From positions 1,778,160-1,842,159 of the forward strand of contig OZ220698.1 of assembly GCA_965116555.1 (NCBI GenBank): a stretch of DNA of 64,000 nt. The letters are read 5' to 3'. The translations under genes and the position numbers were made by a program. Origin of the DNA: Dehalococcoidia bacterium (lineage in GTDB: Bacteria; Chloroflexota; Dehalococcoidia; Lucifugimonadales; QGNO01). Positions within the stretch are counted from its first letter, which is position 1. Each line of letters opens with the position of its first letter. Below the pieces are notes generated by a model. That model did not search any database. It was not told the origin of the DNA and saw only the letters and a program-made list of their open reading frames with translations. Positions 29,167-38,031 of this stretch are shown here, piece by piece.

Positions 29167-31233
29167 TTAGCGGGGAAACGCTTCCGCCACGCCGCCGTCC
29201 ACCGTTATCATGCAACCGGTTGTCTTGGCGGAACGGTCGCTGGCCAGGTATAGCGCTGCTTCCGCAACGTCACGGGGAGTAATGTAGTCTTGGAGGATGT
29301 TGCGACGCACGTAGAACTCCTCCAACTCGGAGACCGCTACGCCGTGCGCGGCGGCGCGCTGCTCACGCATCTCCTCCGACCATAGCTTTGAGTCCTGGAA
29401 AACGGAGTCCGGATTTATGATGTTGCTCCTGATGCCGTACCTGCCGTTTTCAATGGCCAGCACCCGGGCAAGCTGCGCTTCGGCGGCCTTGGCGGCGCTG
29501 TAAGCGCCAAAACCGGCGCCCGGCGCCGTAACGTTCTTGGTCACCACGAAGATCAGGCTGCCTCCCATGCCCTGAGCGCGCATAATCCGCACCGCTTCCT
29601 GCGAAACGATCAGATGAGCCGTGGCGTTAACGTCAAGACTCCTTTGCCAGCTGGACAATGGCAGCTCATCCAGCATCCCAGTGGGAGCTATTCCGGCGTT
29701 GGAGACCAGAACATCCAGCCCTCCAAACGCCAGCGCCGTGCGCTGGAATGCCCCGGCTACCTGCTCTTGATCCGTAACGTCCGCGGGCACGCCTATGCAC
29801 CTGTCTTCGCCCAGTCCGGCGTTGATCTCTTGCACCGCTTCGCCCACTCCATCGGCGTCTATGTCAACCAGCGACACCTGCGCTCCTTCCCGGGCAAGAC
29901 GAAAGGCGATGGCCTTGCCTATGCCGCTGGCTGCGCCCGTAACCAGGGCTATGCGCCTTGTCATCTCCTGCTCAGGCGGCAGAAGGCTCAGCTTGTATAG
30001 CTCCAAGGGCCAGTACTCGACGTCGTAGGCCTCCTTGGGCGGCAGGGAGACGTATTCATCGATCGAGTGTGCCCCGGCCATAATCGAGATGGTGTGGTGA
30101 TAAATGTCGGAGACGGTGTTCAGACCCCTGGTGTCTTTGCCCGCTACCCACATGCCCAGGCCGGGCACTAGGACAACCCTAGGATATGGGTCACGCATCT
30201 CGACAGGCCCATGCTTGTGCCTGTTGAACCAGTCGGTATACGTCCTGCGGTACTGTTCTACTCCCGCTTCCAGGCCACGACGCACGTCGCCGGCGTAGGA
30301 TGGGTCCGATACCTCTACCAGCAACGCATTTCTCTTCGTGCTCAGCATGTGGTCGGGCGTGGCTGCGCCAGCTTCCGCGAACCCCCTGACTCTTTTTGAG
30401 CCAGCGAATTCGAGCGCGTCCGCGCTATCTTCGAACCGCACCAGCACGCGTTTCTCCGGTGAAGCGCTGAGCAGCGACCTGAGCACAGGCGTCACCGTAC
30501 CGGCAACACGGCGGCGCTCCGCCTCCTCCAGGGCAGGCGTTTTGACTCCACCGAACGGCACCTTGGCGGACGCTCTCACCTTCAAGAACTGCTCTGCTTT
30601 GCTAATCAGCGCCACGTGGGCCTCATAGCTGGCCTGTGGAGTGAAGCCCCAGGTGATCAGGCCATGGTTGAGGAGCACCAGGCCCCTGGCTCCGGGCCGC
30701 TTCAACACAGCAGCAGCCACCTCCTTGGAAAGGAGAAAACCCGGACGCTGGTACTCCACCACTATGACATCCGGGCCGAAGACCTGCGCCAGCGCCTTGC
30801 GCGGGTTGCGCGTGTTGGTCAGAGAGAGAATGGCGTCCGCGTGCGTGTGGACGACGCTGTTCTGCGGCAGAAAGCCGTGGAGCAGCGTCTCTATGGAAGG
30901 ACGCGGCGAGCCGGGATCCATGACGCAGTGCGACAAGTATTCCACCATCCCGTCATCGGACATCTGGGACAGCTCAAAGAGCGGCAGAACATCGTCCATA
31001 CGCAGAGCGGGGAAGTCCCTGCGCCGCGCCGACTTCATGTCGGAGCCGGACCCCTTGACCAGCATCGCTTTGACCTGCCTGCCACGGAAGTCCGTTCTGG
31101 TCACTTTCAGCGAGGTGTTTCCTCCTCCCCAGAGCACCAGCGACGGCTCTTCCCCGATAAGGCGGCTCTGATAGACAAGCAGGTCCAGCTCATCCAGGTC
31201 GTTGACGTCCTCTGCAGACCAGCGGTTTTCCAT
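29167..31233 (-). CDS. Bifunctional class II aldolase (rhamnulose-1-phosphate aldolase-like) / short-chain dehydrogenase
   Basis: WGGGNTS.K, KGSG.D, PSIETLLH, HTHAD, TPDH; SDR domain TGAASGIG, NAG, YSAAK. Confidence 0.92.
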   Translation of the reverse strand: MENRWSAEDVNDLDELDLLVYQSRLIGEEPSLVLWGGGNTSLKVTRTDFRGRQVKAMLVKGSGSDMKSARRRDFPALRMDDVLPLFELSQMSDDGMVEYLSHCVMDPGSPRPSIETLLHGFLPQNSVVHTHADAILSLTNTRNPRKALAQVFGPDVIVVEYQRPGFLLSKEVAAAVLKRPGARGLVLLNHGLITWGFTPQASYEAHVALISKAEQFLKVRASAKVPFGGVKTPALEEAERRRVAGTVTPVLRSLLSASPEKRVLVRFEDSADALEFAGSKRVRGFAEAGAATPDHMLSTKRNALLVEVSDPSYAGDVRRGLEAGVEQYRRTYTDWFNRHKHGPVEMRDPYPRVVLVPGLGMWVAGKDTRGLNTVSDIYHHTISIMAGAHSIDEYVSLPPKEAYDVEYWPLELYKLSLLPPEQEMTRRIALVTGAASGIGKAIAFRLAREGAQVSLVDIDADGVGEAVQEINAGLGEDRCIGVPADVTDQEQVAGAFQRTALAFGGLDVLVSNAGIAPTGMLDELPLSSWQRSLDVNATAHLIVSQEAVRIMRAQGMGGSLIFVVTKNVTAPGAGFGAYSAAKAAEAQLARVLAIENGRYGIRSNIINPDSVFQDSKLWSEEMREQRAAAHGVAVSELEEFYVRRNILQDYITPRDVAEAALYLASDRSAKTTGCMITVDGGVAEAFPR

Positions 31234-31313
31234 ACCGGTTGCATCCTAACAGAGAGTCCGTGGTTCCTACAGCCACGCCCGCGTGGGGCCGGCGCCGCAT
31301 GAACCACAGATAT

Positions 31314-31343
31314 GCTGCAACGGAGCACGAGCTCCGTTGCAGC
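31314..31343. terminator. Perfect 13-bp hairpin downstream of the sulfurtransferase
   Basis: gctgcaacggagc-acga-gctccgttgcagc; no clear U tract. Confidence 0.5.
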
Positions 31344-31366
31344 GATTGCCTATGTCAAACGGCCGA

Positions 31367-32203
31367 CTACCTCTCCACCGGCACGCCTACTGCTGATCCC
31401 CACTCCGTCCAGGAGCCGTCGTAATTGCGTACGTTGGGATAGCCCAGCAGTTCGCTCAGGACAAACCAGGTGTGGGAAGACCGCTCACCTATGCGGCAGT
31501 AGGCCACTATCTCCTTATCGCCGCTTATGCCCTTCCCGCCGTATATCTCGCTAAGCTCATCGGCGGACTTGAACGTGCCGTCCTCGGCTACAGCGGTGGC
31601 CCATGGCACGTTGGCCGCGCCGGGGATGTGGCCGCCGCGCTGCGCCCCTTCCTGGGGCAGGTGCTCCGGCGCAAGGAGCTCTCCGCTGTACTCGGCGGGA
31701 GACCTCACGTCTACGAGCTCCAGGTTGGATAGATTGCCTGTAATGTAGTCGCGCAGAGCGCGGATGGAACAGTCCGGCTCCTGCGCTGTGTAGCTGGCGG
31801 CGGCAGGGTTTGGCGCATCCGTTGTGGTCGGCCTACCCTCGGCGAGCCACTTGGCGCGACCCCCGTTCATCAAGCGGGCGTCCTTGTGGCCGTAGTATTT
31901 CAGCTGCCAGTACGCCCAAGCGGCGAACCAGTTGTTGTTGTCTCCGTAGACCACCACGGTGGTGTCATTGCCTACGCCGGACTCCGACAATAACTTCTCG
32001 AAGTCTTCTTTGCTGGTCAGGTCGCGGCGTACGCCGTCCTGAAGCTGCGACTGCCAGTTGATGCCCACGGCGCCCTCAATGTGACCCTGGTCGTACGCCG
32101 TGGTGTCCACGTCGACCTCCAGCAGCCGCACGTTCTCGTCCTGGCCGTGCTGGGCCACCCACTCGGTGTCTACCAGGACATCCTGCTTTGCATAATCTGC
32201 CAT
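31367..32203 (-). CDS. Two-domain rhodanese/thiosulfate sulfurtransferase (CysA/SseA type)
   Basis: YDQGHIEGAV, VYGDNNNWFAAW, DVRSPAEYSG, GHIPGA, active loop YCRIGERSS, YDGSWTEW. Confidence 0.95.
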   Translation of the reverse strand: MADYAKQDVLVDTEWVAQHGQDENVRLLEVDVDTTAYDQGHIEGAVGINWQSQLQDGVRRDLTSKEDFEKLLSESGVGNDTTVVVYGDNNNWFAAWAYWQLKYYGHKDARLMNGGRAKWLAEGRPTTTDAPNPAAASYTAQEPDCSIRALRDYITGNLSNLELVDVRSPAEYSGELLAPEHLPQEGAQRGGHIPGAANVPWATAVAEDGTFKSADELSEIYGGKGISGDKEIVAYCRIGERSSHTWFVLSELLGYPNVRNYDGSWTEWGSAVGVPVER

Positions 32204-32229
32204 CGTTCTTTTCCTCCTGAATTCTCTGC

Positions 32230-32268
32230 AAAATAAAAAGCCCCTCGATTCCTAAGTTTGCGAGGGGC
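32230..32268 (-). terminator. Intrinsic terminator in the sulfurtransferase leader
   Basis: Minus strand: GCCCCTCG-13 nt-CGAGGGGC then TTTTTATTTT, between the leader ORF and the sulfurtransferase SD. Confidence 0.85.
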
Positions 32269-32294
32269 CTTGTTGCCTATTGAACAGCCACGTA

Positions 32295-32366
32295 CTACAA
32301 GCGACTATGCCCCACATGGTGAGTACATGTACATGTGCACGTCCGGACTAAGGTCGCATCAGTCAT
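32295..32366 (-). CDS. Cys-rich leader peptide, 23 aa (MTDATLVRTCTCTCTHHVGHSRL*)
   Basis: ATG 10 nt after the -10 box; three Cys codons in TCTCTC; followed by the terminator. Confidence 0.72.
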   Translation of the reverse strand: MTDATLVRTCTCTCTHHVGHSRL

Positions 32367-32376
32367 GGCGGTAACT

Positions 32377-32405
32377 ATGCTAGACGTTTACGTGCAAAGC
32401 GTCAA
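32377..32405 (-). promoter_or_regulatory. Sigma70-type promoter of the leader/sulfurtransferase
   Basis: TTGACG-17 nt-TAGCAT on the minus strand. Confidence 0.65.
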
Positions 32406-32440
32406 GCCGAGGGGTTGCTTCAAGCGGGTCTGCCGTCAGA

Positions 32441-33928
32441 TCAGCGAGGTGGATTCTCACAGCCCAGGGAAGCCGTCAAGCGTTCGGCGCGGCGGGCGAT
32501 CGCTTTTGCAAGCCCGCCAAAAATCCAGGAGTGCAAGGGATACAGCGCGTACCAATAGACCAGGCCGGCCAATCCCTTGGGGATGAATGCCGCCGTTTGC
32601 TCCAGATGGGTTGCGCCATCCTGTGCTTGCCACACCTCGTATTGGAGCCAGGCCTGCCCTGGGAGCTTCATCTCGGCTCTCAGCCGAACCAAGTGGTCGG
32701 CTTCCAGGTCTTCCACTCGCCAGAAATCCACGGCATCGCCGACACGCAGGTCGTCGGGATGGCGGCGTCCTCTCCGTAGACCAGCGCCGCCAAGCAGGCG
32801 ATCCACCATCCCCCGTAATCGCCACGTCCAGTTGGCGAAATACCAGCCGCGAGTCCCGCCTATACCGGTAAACACCCGGTAGACGGCCCAGGCCGGAGCT
32901 GCAACCACGCGGCGCCTGCGCTCGATAATCATCCCTTTCCGAGATTCCAAACGAACCGGTTTCTCTAGCCCTGTGGTCGTGCCAGTGGCATCGCTCCACG
33001 ATGTGTCTATCCTTCCCTCGTCGAGTTCCCTTATCACGCCGCCGATGGCCGAGGCGTAGCCCTGAGGCTCGATATGGGGGAACAGAGCGCCAGCGAGACT
33101 GGTGGTCACTACGACGTCGTTGCGGAGCCCCTCGACGAGAGCTGCGCTGATACCGGCAGGTATGGGAGTCACCCAATGCACCCAGTAAGAGGACAGGCGA
33201 GGGGTCAGGACCGGGACGGGAAGCAGCAGCCGTCTGAGACCTCTTGCCTCGGCATAGCCCAGCATCAGTCCCTTGTAGGTGGTAACGTCTCTACCCCCAA
33301 TCTCGATTATGAGTCCATCGCTTTCCGGAACGTCTAGGGCAGAAACCAGGTATGCCAGTAGGTCATCGACGGCGATGGGCTGGATGCGGGAGTAGATCCA
33401 CTTGGGGCAGACCATGACCGGCAGCCGCTCCACAAGATAGCGAATCATCTCGAATGAGGTGCTGCCTGATCCGACGACTACGGCAGCCCGGAACTCTGTG
33501 ACAGGAACGCCGCCCTCCCTCAGCGCTTCTCCCGTCTCCTGGCGAGAGCGCAAGTGCTGAGAGAGATTGGCTCTCGGGTCCCCCAAGCCGCCTAGGTAAA
33601 TGATTCGGTTCACCCCTGCTTCCCTAGCTTCCTGACCAAACGTACGTGCCGCCTCAATGTCCAACTCGTGGAATTTGAAACCCTTGGACATGCTGTGAAT
33701 CAGGTAGTAGGCAGAGTCCACCCCGGCCAGCGCTTTTGATAGGGCTTGAGGACTCAGAACGTCGCCTACCGCTACCTCGACCTGGTCGGACCAGGAACGG
33801 GAAAGGGCCCGGGCCTGGCTGCGCACCAGAACACGCACGCGGTACCCTTCTTCCACCAGCCGGGGCACCAACCTTCCTCCTATGTACCCGGTGGCTCCGG
33901 TGACCAGAACCGTTTCGGGGCGGGTCAT
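32441..33928 (-). CDS. Atypical SDR/NAD(P)-binding protein with DUF2867 (YbjT-like)
   Basis: TGATGYIGGRL, YYLIHSM, GSTSFEMIRYL, C-terminal DFWRVE, AEMKLPG.AWL; start MTRPET after GGAGGAG. Confidence 0.9.
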   Translation of the reverse strand: MTRPETVLVTGATGYIGGRLVPRLVEEGYRVRVLVRSQARALSRSWSDQVEVAVGDVLSPQALSKALAGVDSAYYLIHSMSKGFKFHELDIEAARTFGQEAREAGVNRIIYLGGLGDPRANLSQHLRSRQETGEALREGGVPVTEFRAAVVVGSGSTSFEMIRYLVERLPVMVCPKWIYSRIQPIAVDDLLAYLVSALDVPESDGLIIEIGGRDVTTYKGLMLGYAEARGLRRLLLPVPVLTPRLSSYWVHWVTPIPAGISAALVEGLRNDVVVTTSLAGALFPHIEPQGYASAIGGVIRELDEGRIDTSWSDATGTTTGLEKPVRLESRKGMIIERRRRVVAAPAWAVYRVFTGIGGTRGWYFANWTWRLRGMVDRLLGGAGLRRGRRHPDDLRVGDAVDFWRVEDLEADHLVRLRAEMKLPGQAWLQYEVWQAQDGATHLEQTAAFIPKGLAGLVYWYALYPLHSWIFGGLAKAIARRAERLTASLGCENPPR

Positions 33929-34091
33929 CTGACTCCTCCGCGCGACTTCAGGAACGACCATGAAACGCACAGCATTATAGACGCCGACACCGAAATGTGG
34001 GCAAGCCGGAGCTGGCGGGTTGGAGTCTACGGTTTTCCCTGCCTGCCTAATTTCTGTTGTGTACAGTCCCTCTACTTACATCCAGTCCCCC

Positions 34092-34145
34092 TTGACCTTC
34101 AACTCCCTCCCATATACACTACCCATACCCCCTGGGGAGGGGTAT
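34092..34145 (+). promoter_or_regulatory. csoR-copA promoter and CsoR-type operator
   Basis: TTGACC-17 nt-TACACT, then pseudo-palindrome ATACCCC-CTGGGGA-GGGGTAT (34125-34145). Confidence 0.75.
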
Positions 34146-34164
34146 CACTCGCAGAGGACTAGAA

Positions 34165-34431
34165 ATGCTGCCTGAAGTAAAGCAAGACTCGCTGAAACGG
34201 CTAAACTATATAGAAGGACACCTGGCCGGCATCCGGCGCATGATTGAGGACGAGAAATACTGCGTCGACATCCTGAAGCAGACCTTCGCCGTGCGCCGCG
34301 CCATCCAGAAGGTGGAGTCCAAGCTGCTGGAAGGCCACCTGCACACACACGTCCTAGAGGGTGTGCGCAACGGCCATGACCAGGATGTCCTTGACGAGCT
34401 CATACAGCTCTACAACCTTTCGGAGAAGTGA
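34165..34431 (+). CDS. csoR: CsoR/RcnR family metal-sensing repressor
   Basis: RLNYIEGHLAGI.RMI, YC.DILKQ, LEGHLHTHV; directly upstream of copA. Confidence 0.9.
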   Translation: MLPEVKQDSLKRLNYIEGHLAGIRRMIEDEKYCVDILKQTFAVRRAIQKVESKLLEGHLHTHVLEGVRNGHDQDVLDELIQLYNLSEK

Positions 34432-34434
34432 CGC

Positions 34435-36738
34435 GTGGCCGTTCAAGACATAGATAACCAGCCCAGGCAGAAGATAGGCCTGAACATAGGGGGCATGACC
34501 TGCGCCGCCTGCGTGTTCCACGTGGAAAAGGCGCTCAAAGAGGTCGATGGAGTCGTCTCCGTCGACGTCAACCTGGCCACGGAGCGCGCTACACTCCACT
34601 ACCTGGACGATGTCGCTACCCTGGACGATTTCGACCGCGCCGTGGCCGACGCAGGCTACTCCGTGGAGGGCATAGCCGGTGAAGAGGAAGAGCAGCGCGA
34701 CAGGGAACGCTTGGCCCGAACCAAGCTCATCAAGGACCAGCGCAACCGGTTTCTCGTCGCTGGCGGCCTTGGTGTCGTCATCTTCCTTGGCAGCTTCAAA
34801 GAGTGGTTCCCCTGGATGCCATCGTTCCTGCAGAACTGGTACGTGCTGTGGGCACTGGCGACTCCGGTGCAGTTCTGGGCGGGCGCTCAGTTCTACAAGG
34901 GAGCTTGGAGCGCGGCCAGGCATCGCACCACCAACATGAACACGTTGATCGCGATGGGCACCGGCGTAGCCTACGTCTTCAGCGCCACGATAACCCTGTT
35001 CCCCGACCTCTTCATCGCTGAAGGGGTGGAGCCCGCCGTCTACTTCGATACCGCCGCCATCATCATCGCGCTCATCCTGCTGGGCCGATTCCTGGAAGCC
35101 AGGGCCAGGGGACAGACCTCCGAGGCCATCCGCAAGCTGATGGGCCTGCGACCCAAGACGGCCCGCGTCCTGCGCGGCGACGCCGAGATCGACGTACCTA
35201 TAGAGCAGGTGGCCGTAGGCGACCTTGTCATCGTGCGTCCCGGCGAGAGCGTGCCCGTGGACGGCGAGGTGACACAGGGCGCGTCCGCCATCGACGAGTC
35301 GATGCTAAGCGGCGAGAGCATTCCCGTGTACAAGGAGGCCGGATCTCCGGTTTACGCCGCCACTATCAACACGACGGGCAGCTTCCAGTTCCGCGCCACC
35401 AAGGTCGGCAAGGACACCGCCTTGTCGCGCATCATCCGGCTTGTGGAAGAGGCGCAAGGCTCCAGGGCGCCCATCCAGCGCCTCGCCGATGTTGTGTCCA
35501 GCTACTTTGTGCCAGCCGTAATCGTCATAGCTGCCGCCACCTTCGTCACCTGGCTGCTGCTTGGGCCGGACCCTGCCTTCACCTTCGCCCTGCTCAACAT
35601 GGTGGCCGTGCTCGTCATCGCCTGCCCCTGCGCCCTGGGCCTTGCCACCCCCACTGCCATCATGGTCGCCACCGGCAAGGGCGCCGAGGGCGGCATCCTG
35701 ATTCGCAACGCTCAAGCCCTGGAGCGCGCCCACAAGGTGGACACCGTGGTATTGGACAAGACCGGCACCCTCACCCTGGGCAAACCCGCCGTCACCGACA
35801 TCCTGACTGAAGGCATAGCGGAAGACGACCTACTCAGGCTGGCAGCATCCGCCGAACGCGGCTCGGAGCACCCCCTTGCCAGGGCCATCGTCGTCGCCGC
35901 GGAGGAGCGCGGCCTCGCCCTTGACCAAGCTGCGGAGTTCCAGGCCCTGCCCGGCCAGGGTATAGAGGCCAGGGTCGAAGGCTCGATGGTCACACTGGGC
36001 AACCTGGCGTTGATGCGGCTCAAGGAGTACGACCTCAACGGACTGGAAACGAAGGCTCCGGAGCTTTCCGACCGGGGCAGGACCCCCATGTTCGTCGCTG
36101 TGGATCGGGAGGTCAAAGGAATCATCGCCGTAGCCGATGCTATCCGCCCCGAGTCGAAACAGGCGGTACAGGCCATGCAGGATATGGGACTTGAGGTCGT
36201 CATGCTCACCGGCGACAACCCCCGCGCCGCCCAGGCTATCGCCGCCGAGGCCGGCATCCAAAGTGTCCTCTCGGAGATGACGCCCGACCGGAAGACGGCG
36301 CAGGTGCGGGCCCTCCAGCAGGAAGGCCGCATCGTAGCCATGGTCGGCGACGGCATCAACGACGCCCCCGCGCTGGCCCAAGCCGACGTGGGCATAGCCA
36401 TCGGCGCCGGGATCGATGTCGCCATGGAAGCCGCCGACATCACCCTCATGCACGACGACGTACGCGCCATACCAAGGGCCGTCAACCTGTCGCGTGCCGC
36501 CGTTCGCACCATCAAGCAGAACCTGTTCTGGGCCTTCTTCTACAACACCGCGCTCATCCCCGTGGCGGCGGGCGTCCTCTACCTGTTCTTTGCCAATGGC
36601 GGCGTGCCCTCCGCGTTGAGCTACTTCCTGGGAGAGTACGGCTTCCTCAATCCCGTGCTCGCCGCCGGAGCCATGGCCGTCAGCTCGGTCAGCGTGCTGA
36701 GCAACTCGCTGCGCCTGCGCCGCTTCAAGATAGGGTAG
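34435..36738 (+). CDS. copA: Cu(I)-translocating P1B-1 ATPase
   Basis: HMA GMTCAAC, TGES-type loop (LSGES), CPC, DKTGT, HP, GDGINDAP, YN, M..SS. Confidence 0.96.
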   Translation: MAVQDIDNQPRQKIGLNIGGMTCAACVFHVEKALKEVDGVVSVDVNLATERATLHYLDDVATLDDFDRAVADAGYSVEGIAGEEEEQRDRERLARTKLIKDQRNRFLVAGGLGVVIFLGSFKEWFPWMPSFLQNWYVLWALATPVQFWAGAQFYKGAWSAARHRTTNMNTLIAMGTGVAYVFSATITLFPDLFIAEGVEPAVYFDTAAIIIALILLGRFLEARARGQTSEAIRKLMGLRPKTARVLRGDAEIDVPIEQVAVGDLVIVRPGESVPVDGEVTQGASAIDESMLSGESIPVYKEAGSPVYAATINTTGSFQFRATKVGKDTALSRIIRLVEEAQGSRAPIQRLADVVSSYFVPAVIVIAAATFVTWLLLGPDPAFTFALLNMVAVLVIACPCALGLATPTAIMVATGKGAEGGILIRNAQALERAHKVDTVVLDKTGTLTLGKPAVTDILTEGIAEDDLLRLAASAERGSEHPLARAIVVAAEERGLALDQAAEFQALPGQGIEARVEGSMVTLGNLALMRLKEYDLNGLETKAPELSDRGRTPMFVAVDREVKGIIAVADAIRPESKQAVQAMQDMGLEVVMLTGDNPRAAQAIAAEAGIQSVLSEMTPDRKTAQVRALQQEGRIVAMVGDGINDAPALAQADVGIAIGAGIDVAMEAADITLMHDDVRAIPRAVNLSRAAVRTIKQNLFWAFFYNTALIPVAAGVLYLFFANGGVPSALSYFLGEYGFLNPVLAAGAMAVSSVSVLSNSLRLRRFKIG

Positions 36739-36748
36739 AGTGTTCTCC

Positions 36749-36817
36749 GTCATTCCCGACTCTGATCGGGAATCCAGAAGGGCGGGGTGTGGGCTCCCGT
36801 CTACACGGGAGCGACGG
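36749..36817. repeat. REP-like palindromes (GTCATTCCC..GGGAATCCAG type)
   Basis: gtcattcccgactctgatcgggaatccag plus ctcccgt-ctac-acgggag hairpin. Confidence 0.7.
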
Positions 36818-36826
36818 TTTTATTGC

Positions 36827-36956
36827 GTCATTCTGAGCGCAGCGAAGAATCCAAGGTGGTTCATCAAATACACCCTAGCTTTGCGGACAGAGGCTTTGGA
36901 TTCTTCATTTCATTCAGAATGACAGTGGACCCGCTACGCTAGGGTTCAGAATGACA
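36827..36956. repeat. Inverted REP-like pair (GTCATTCTGAG..GAAGAATCC / GGATTCTTC..CAGAATGAC) plus partial third copy
   Basis: Arms at 36827-36852 and 36898-36923; extra cagaatgaca at about 36947-36956; same family at 62926-63029. Confidence 0.8.
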
Positions 36957-36970
36957 GACTGAACCATCGT

Positions 36971-37000
36971 TAGACAAGCTTGCCATGGGCGGGCTACAAT
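36971..37000 (+). promoter_or_regulatory. Probable promoter of the selenoprotein gene
   Basis: TAGACA-18 nt-TACAAT. Confidence 0.45.
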
Positions 37001-37043
37001 ACCAACCCAACCCCATGAATCCCCGAACAGAAAGGAGCCGCAG

Positions 37044-37757
37044 ATGACAACCGAGACGCTCCGCATAGGTTCAGACGTTCCCGACTTTACGCTGCCCGCC
37101 CTGGACGGTACGCCCGTAAGCCTCTCCGGCTTGAGGGGTAAGCGAGTCGCGCTCTTCATGTGGGCCTCCTGGTGAGCCTGCCGCGCCCAACTGCCCGTGT
37201 GGCAGGAGTTCTATACCAAGCACAGGGACCAGGGCATCGAGGTAGTGACGGTGGCCATGGACGCCCAGGGCGCCGATAGGGCCCGCCCCTACGTCGAAGA
37301 GGCCGGAGCCGCCTACACAACCCTTGTCGATGAAGACAACCTGTTGAGCCGGCTGTTCGACTTCAAGGCCGTGCCCAACGCCCTTCTCATAGACGAGGCG
37401 GGGCTGCTCGAATACCAGAAGTACGGCGGCTTCGACATCCGCAAGCAGGAGTACGCCGATATCGCCGAGGGCTGGGCGCAGGGCGCGTCGCCGCAGTGGC
37501 TGGCCGATCGTATGCAGGAAGACCCCAGGGGCGGCCCCAACCACAAGGAGGCCATCGAGCACTTCCAGCGCGGCGTCGATCTCTACAAGGAAGGCGACAC
37601 CGCGGGCGCTCTCTTGGCGTGGAAAACGGGACGAGACCTTGAGCCGGACAACTGGGTCATACGCAAGCAGATCTGGGCCGTGGAGCACCCGGAGAAGTTC
37701 TACCAGGGCGAGGTGGACTACGGCTGGCAGCGGGAGCAGATAGAGCAGGGGGTCTAG
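37044..37757 (+). CDS. Probable selenoprotein: TlpA/AhpC-TSA-like redoxin with Sec at codon 44 (UxC) and TPR-like C-terminus, 237 aa
   Basis: AAGGAG SD; [22 protein letters not shown]...FMWASW-TGA(37173-37175)-ACRAQLP continues in frame with track ORF 37197..37757. Confidence 0.82.
37177..37206 (+). promoter_or_regulatory. Candidate bacterial SECIS hairpin
   Basis: cctgccgcgc/gtgtggcagg 10-bp stem (two G-U) starting 1 nt after the UGA; G in the loop. Confidence 0.6.
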
Positions 37758-37763
37758 GTATTA

Positions 37764-37854
37764 CCGCTCATGGTGAGCCTGTCGAACCATATGAGCAGGT
37801 AAACCGCGTTCTTAGACCACCGCTCTCTCCCTTCGACAAGCTCAGGGCGAGCGG
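37764..37854. repeat. Two inversely oriented REP-like palindromes (TGAGC..GTCGAA core)
   Basis: ccgctcatggtgagcctgtcgaaccatatgagcagg and ccgctctctcccttcgacaagctcagggcgagcgg. Confidence 0.8.
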
Positions 37855-37943
37855 TTTGTTTGCAGTGACCAGCACGCCCCGGGGATGCCGACATCTGATG
37901 CCCCTTTCCTAATTGCATGCCGTTGCGTATAATTAGCTTCTGC

Positions 37944-38022
37944 GGCCCGGTGGTGTAGTCTGGTTTAACACACCGCCCTGTCAAGGCGGAGATCGTGGGT
38001 TCAAATCCCATCCGGGTCGCCA
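37944..38022 (+). tRNA. tRNA-Asp(GTC), CCA encoded
   Basis: Acceptor ggcccgg/ccgggtc, anticodon arm ccgcc-ctGTCaa-ggcgg, T loop ttcaaat, 3' GCCA; TATAAT at 37928. Confidence 0.97.
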
Positions 38023-38031
38023 CTCATTTCC

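Noticed and set aside
36749-36956. CRISPR array
   Set aside because: The repeats are inverted, of mixed families, not regularly spaced, and no cas genes are present.
37071-37688. 205-aa minus-strand ORF
   Set aside because: Antisense shadow of the selenoprotein gene; no recognisable motifs.
37944-38022. tRNA-Sec, or an integration site for an island
   Set aside because: The anticodon is GTC with a normal tRNA length (Asp); no integrase or duplicated 3' end is seen nearby.
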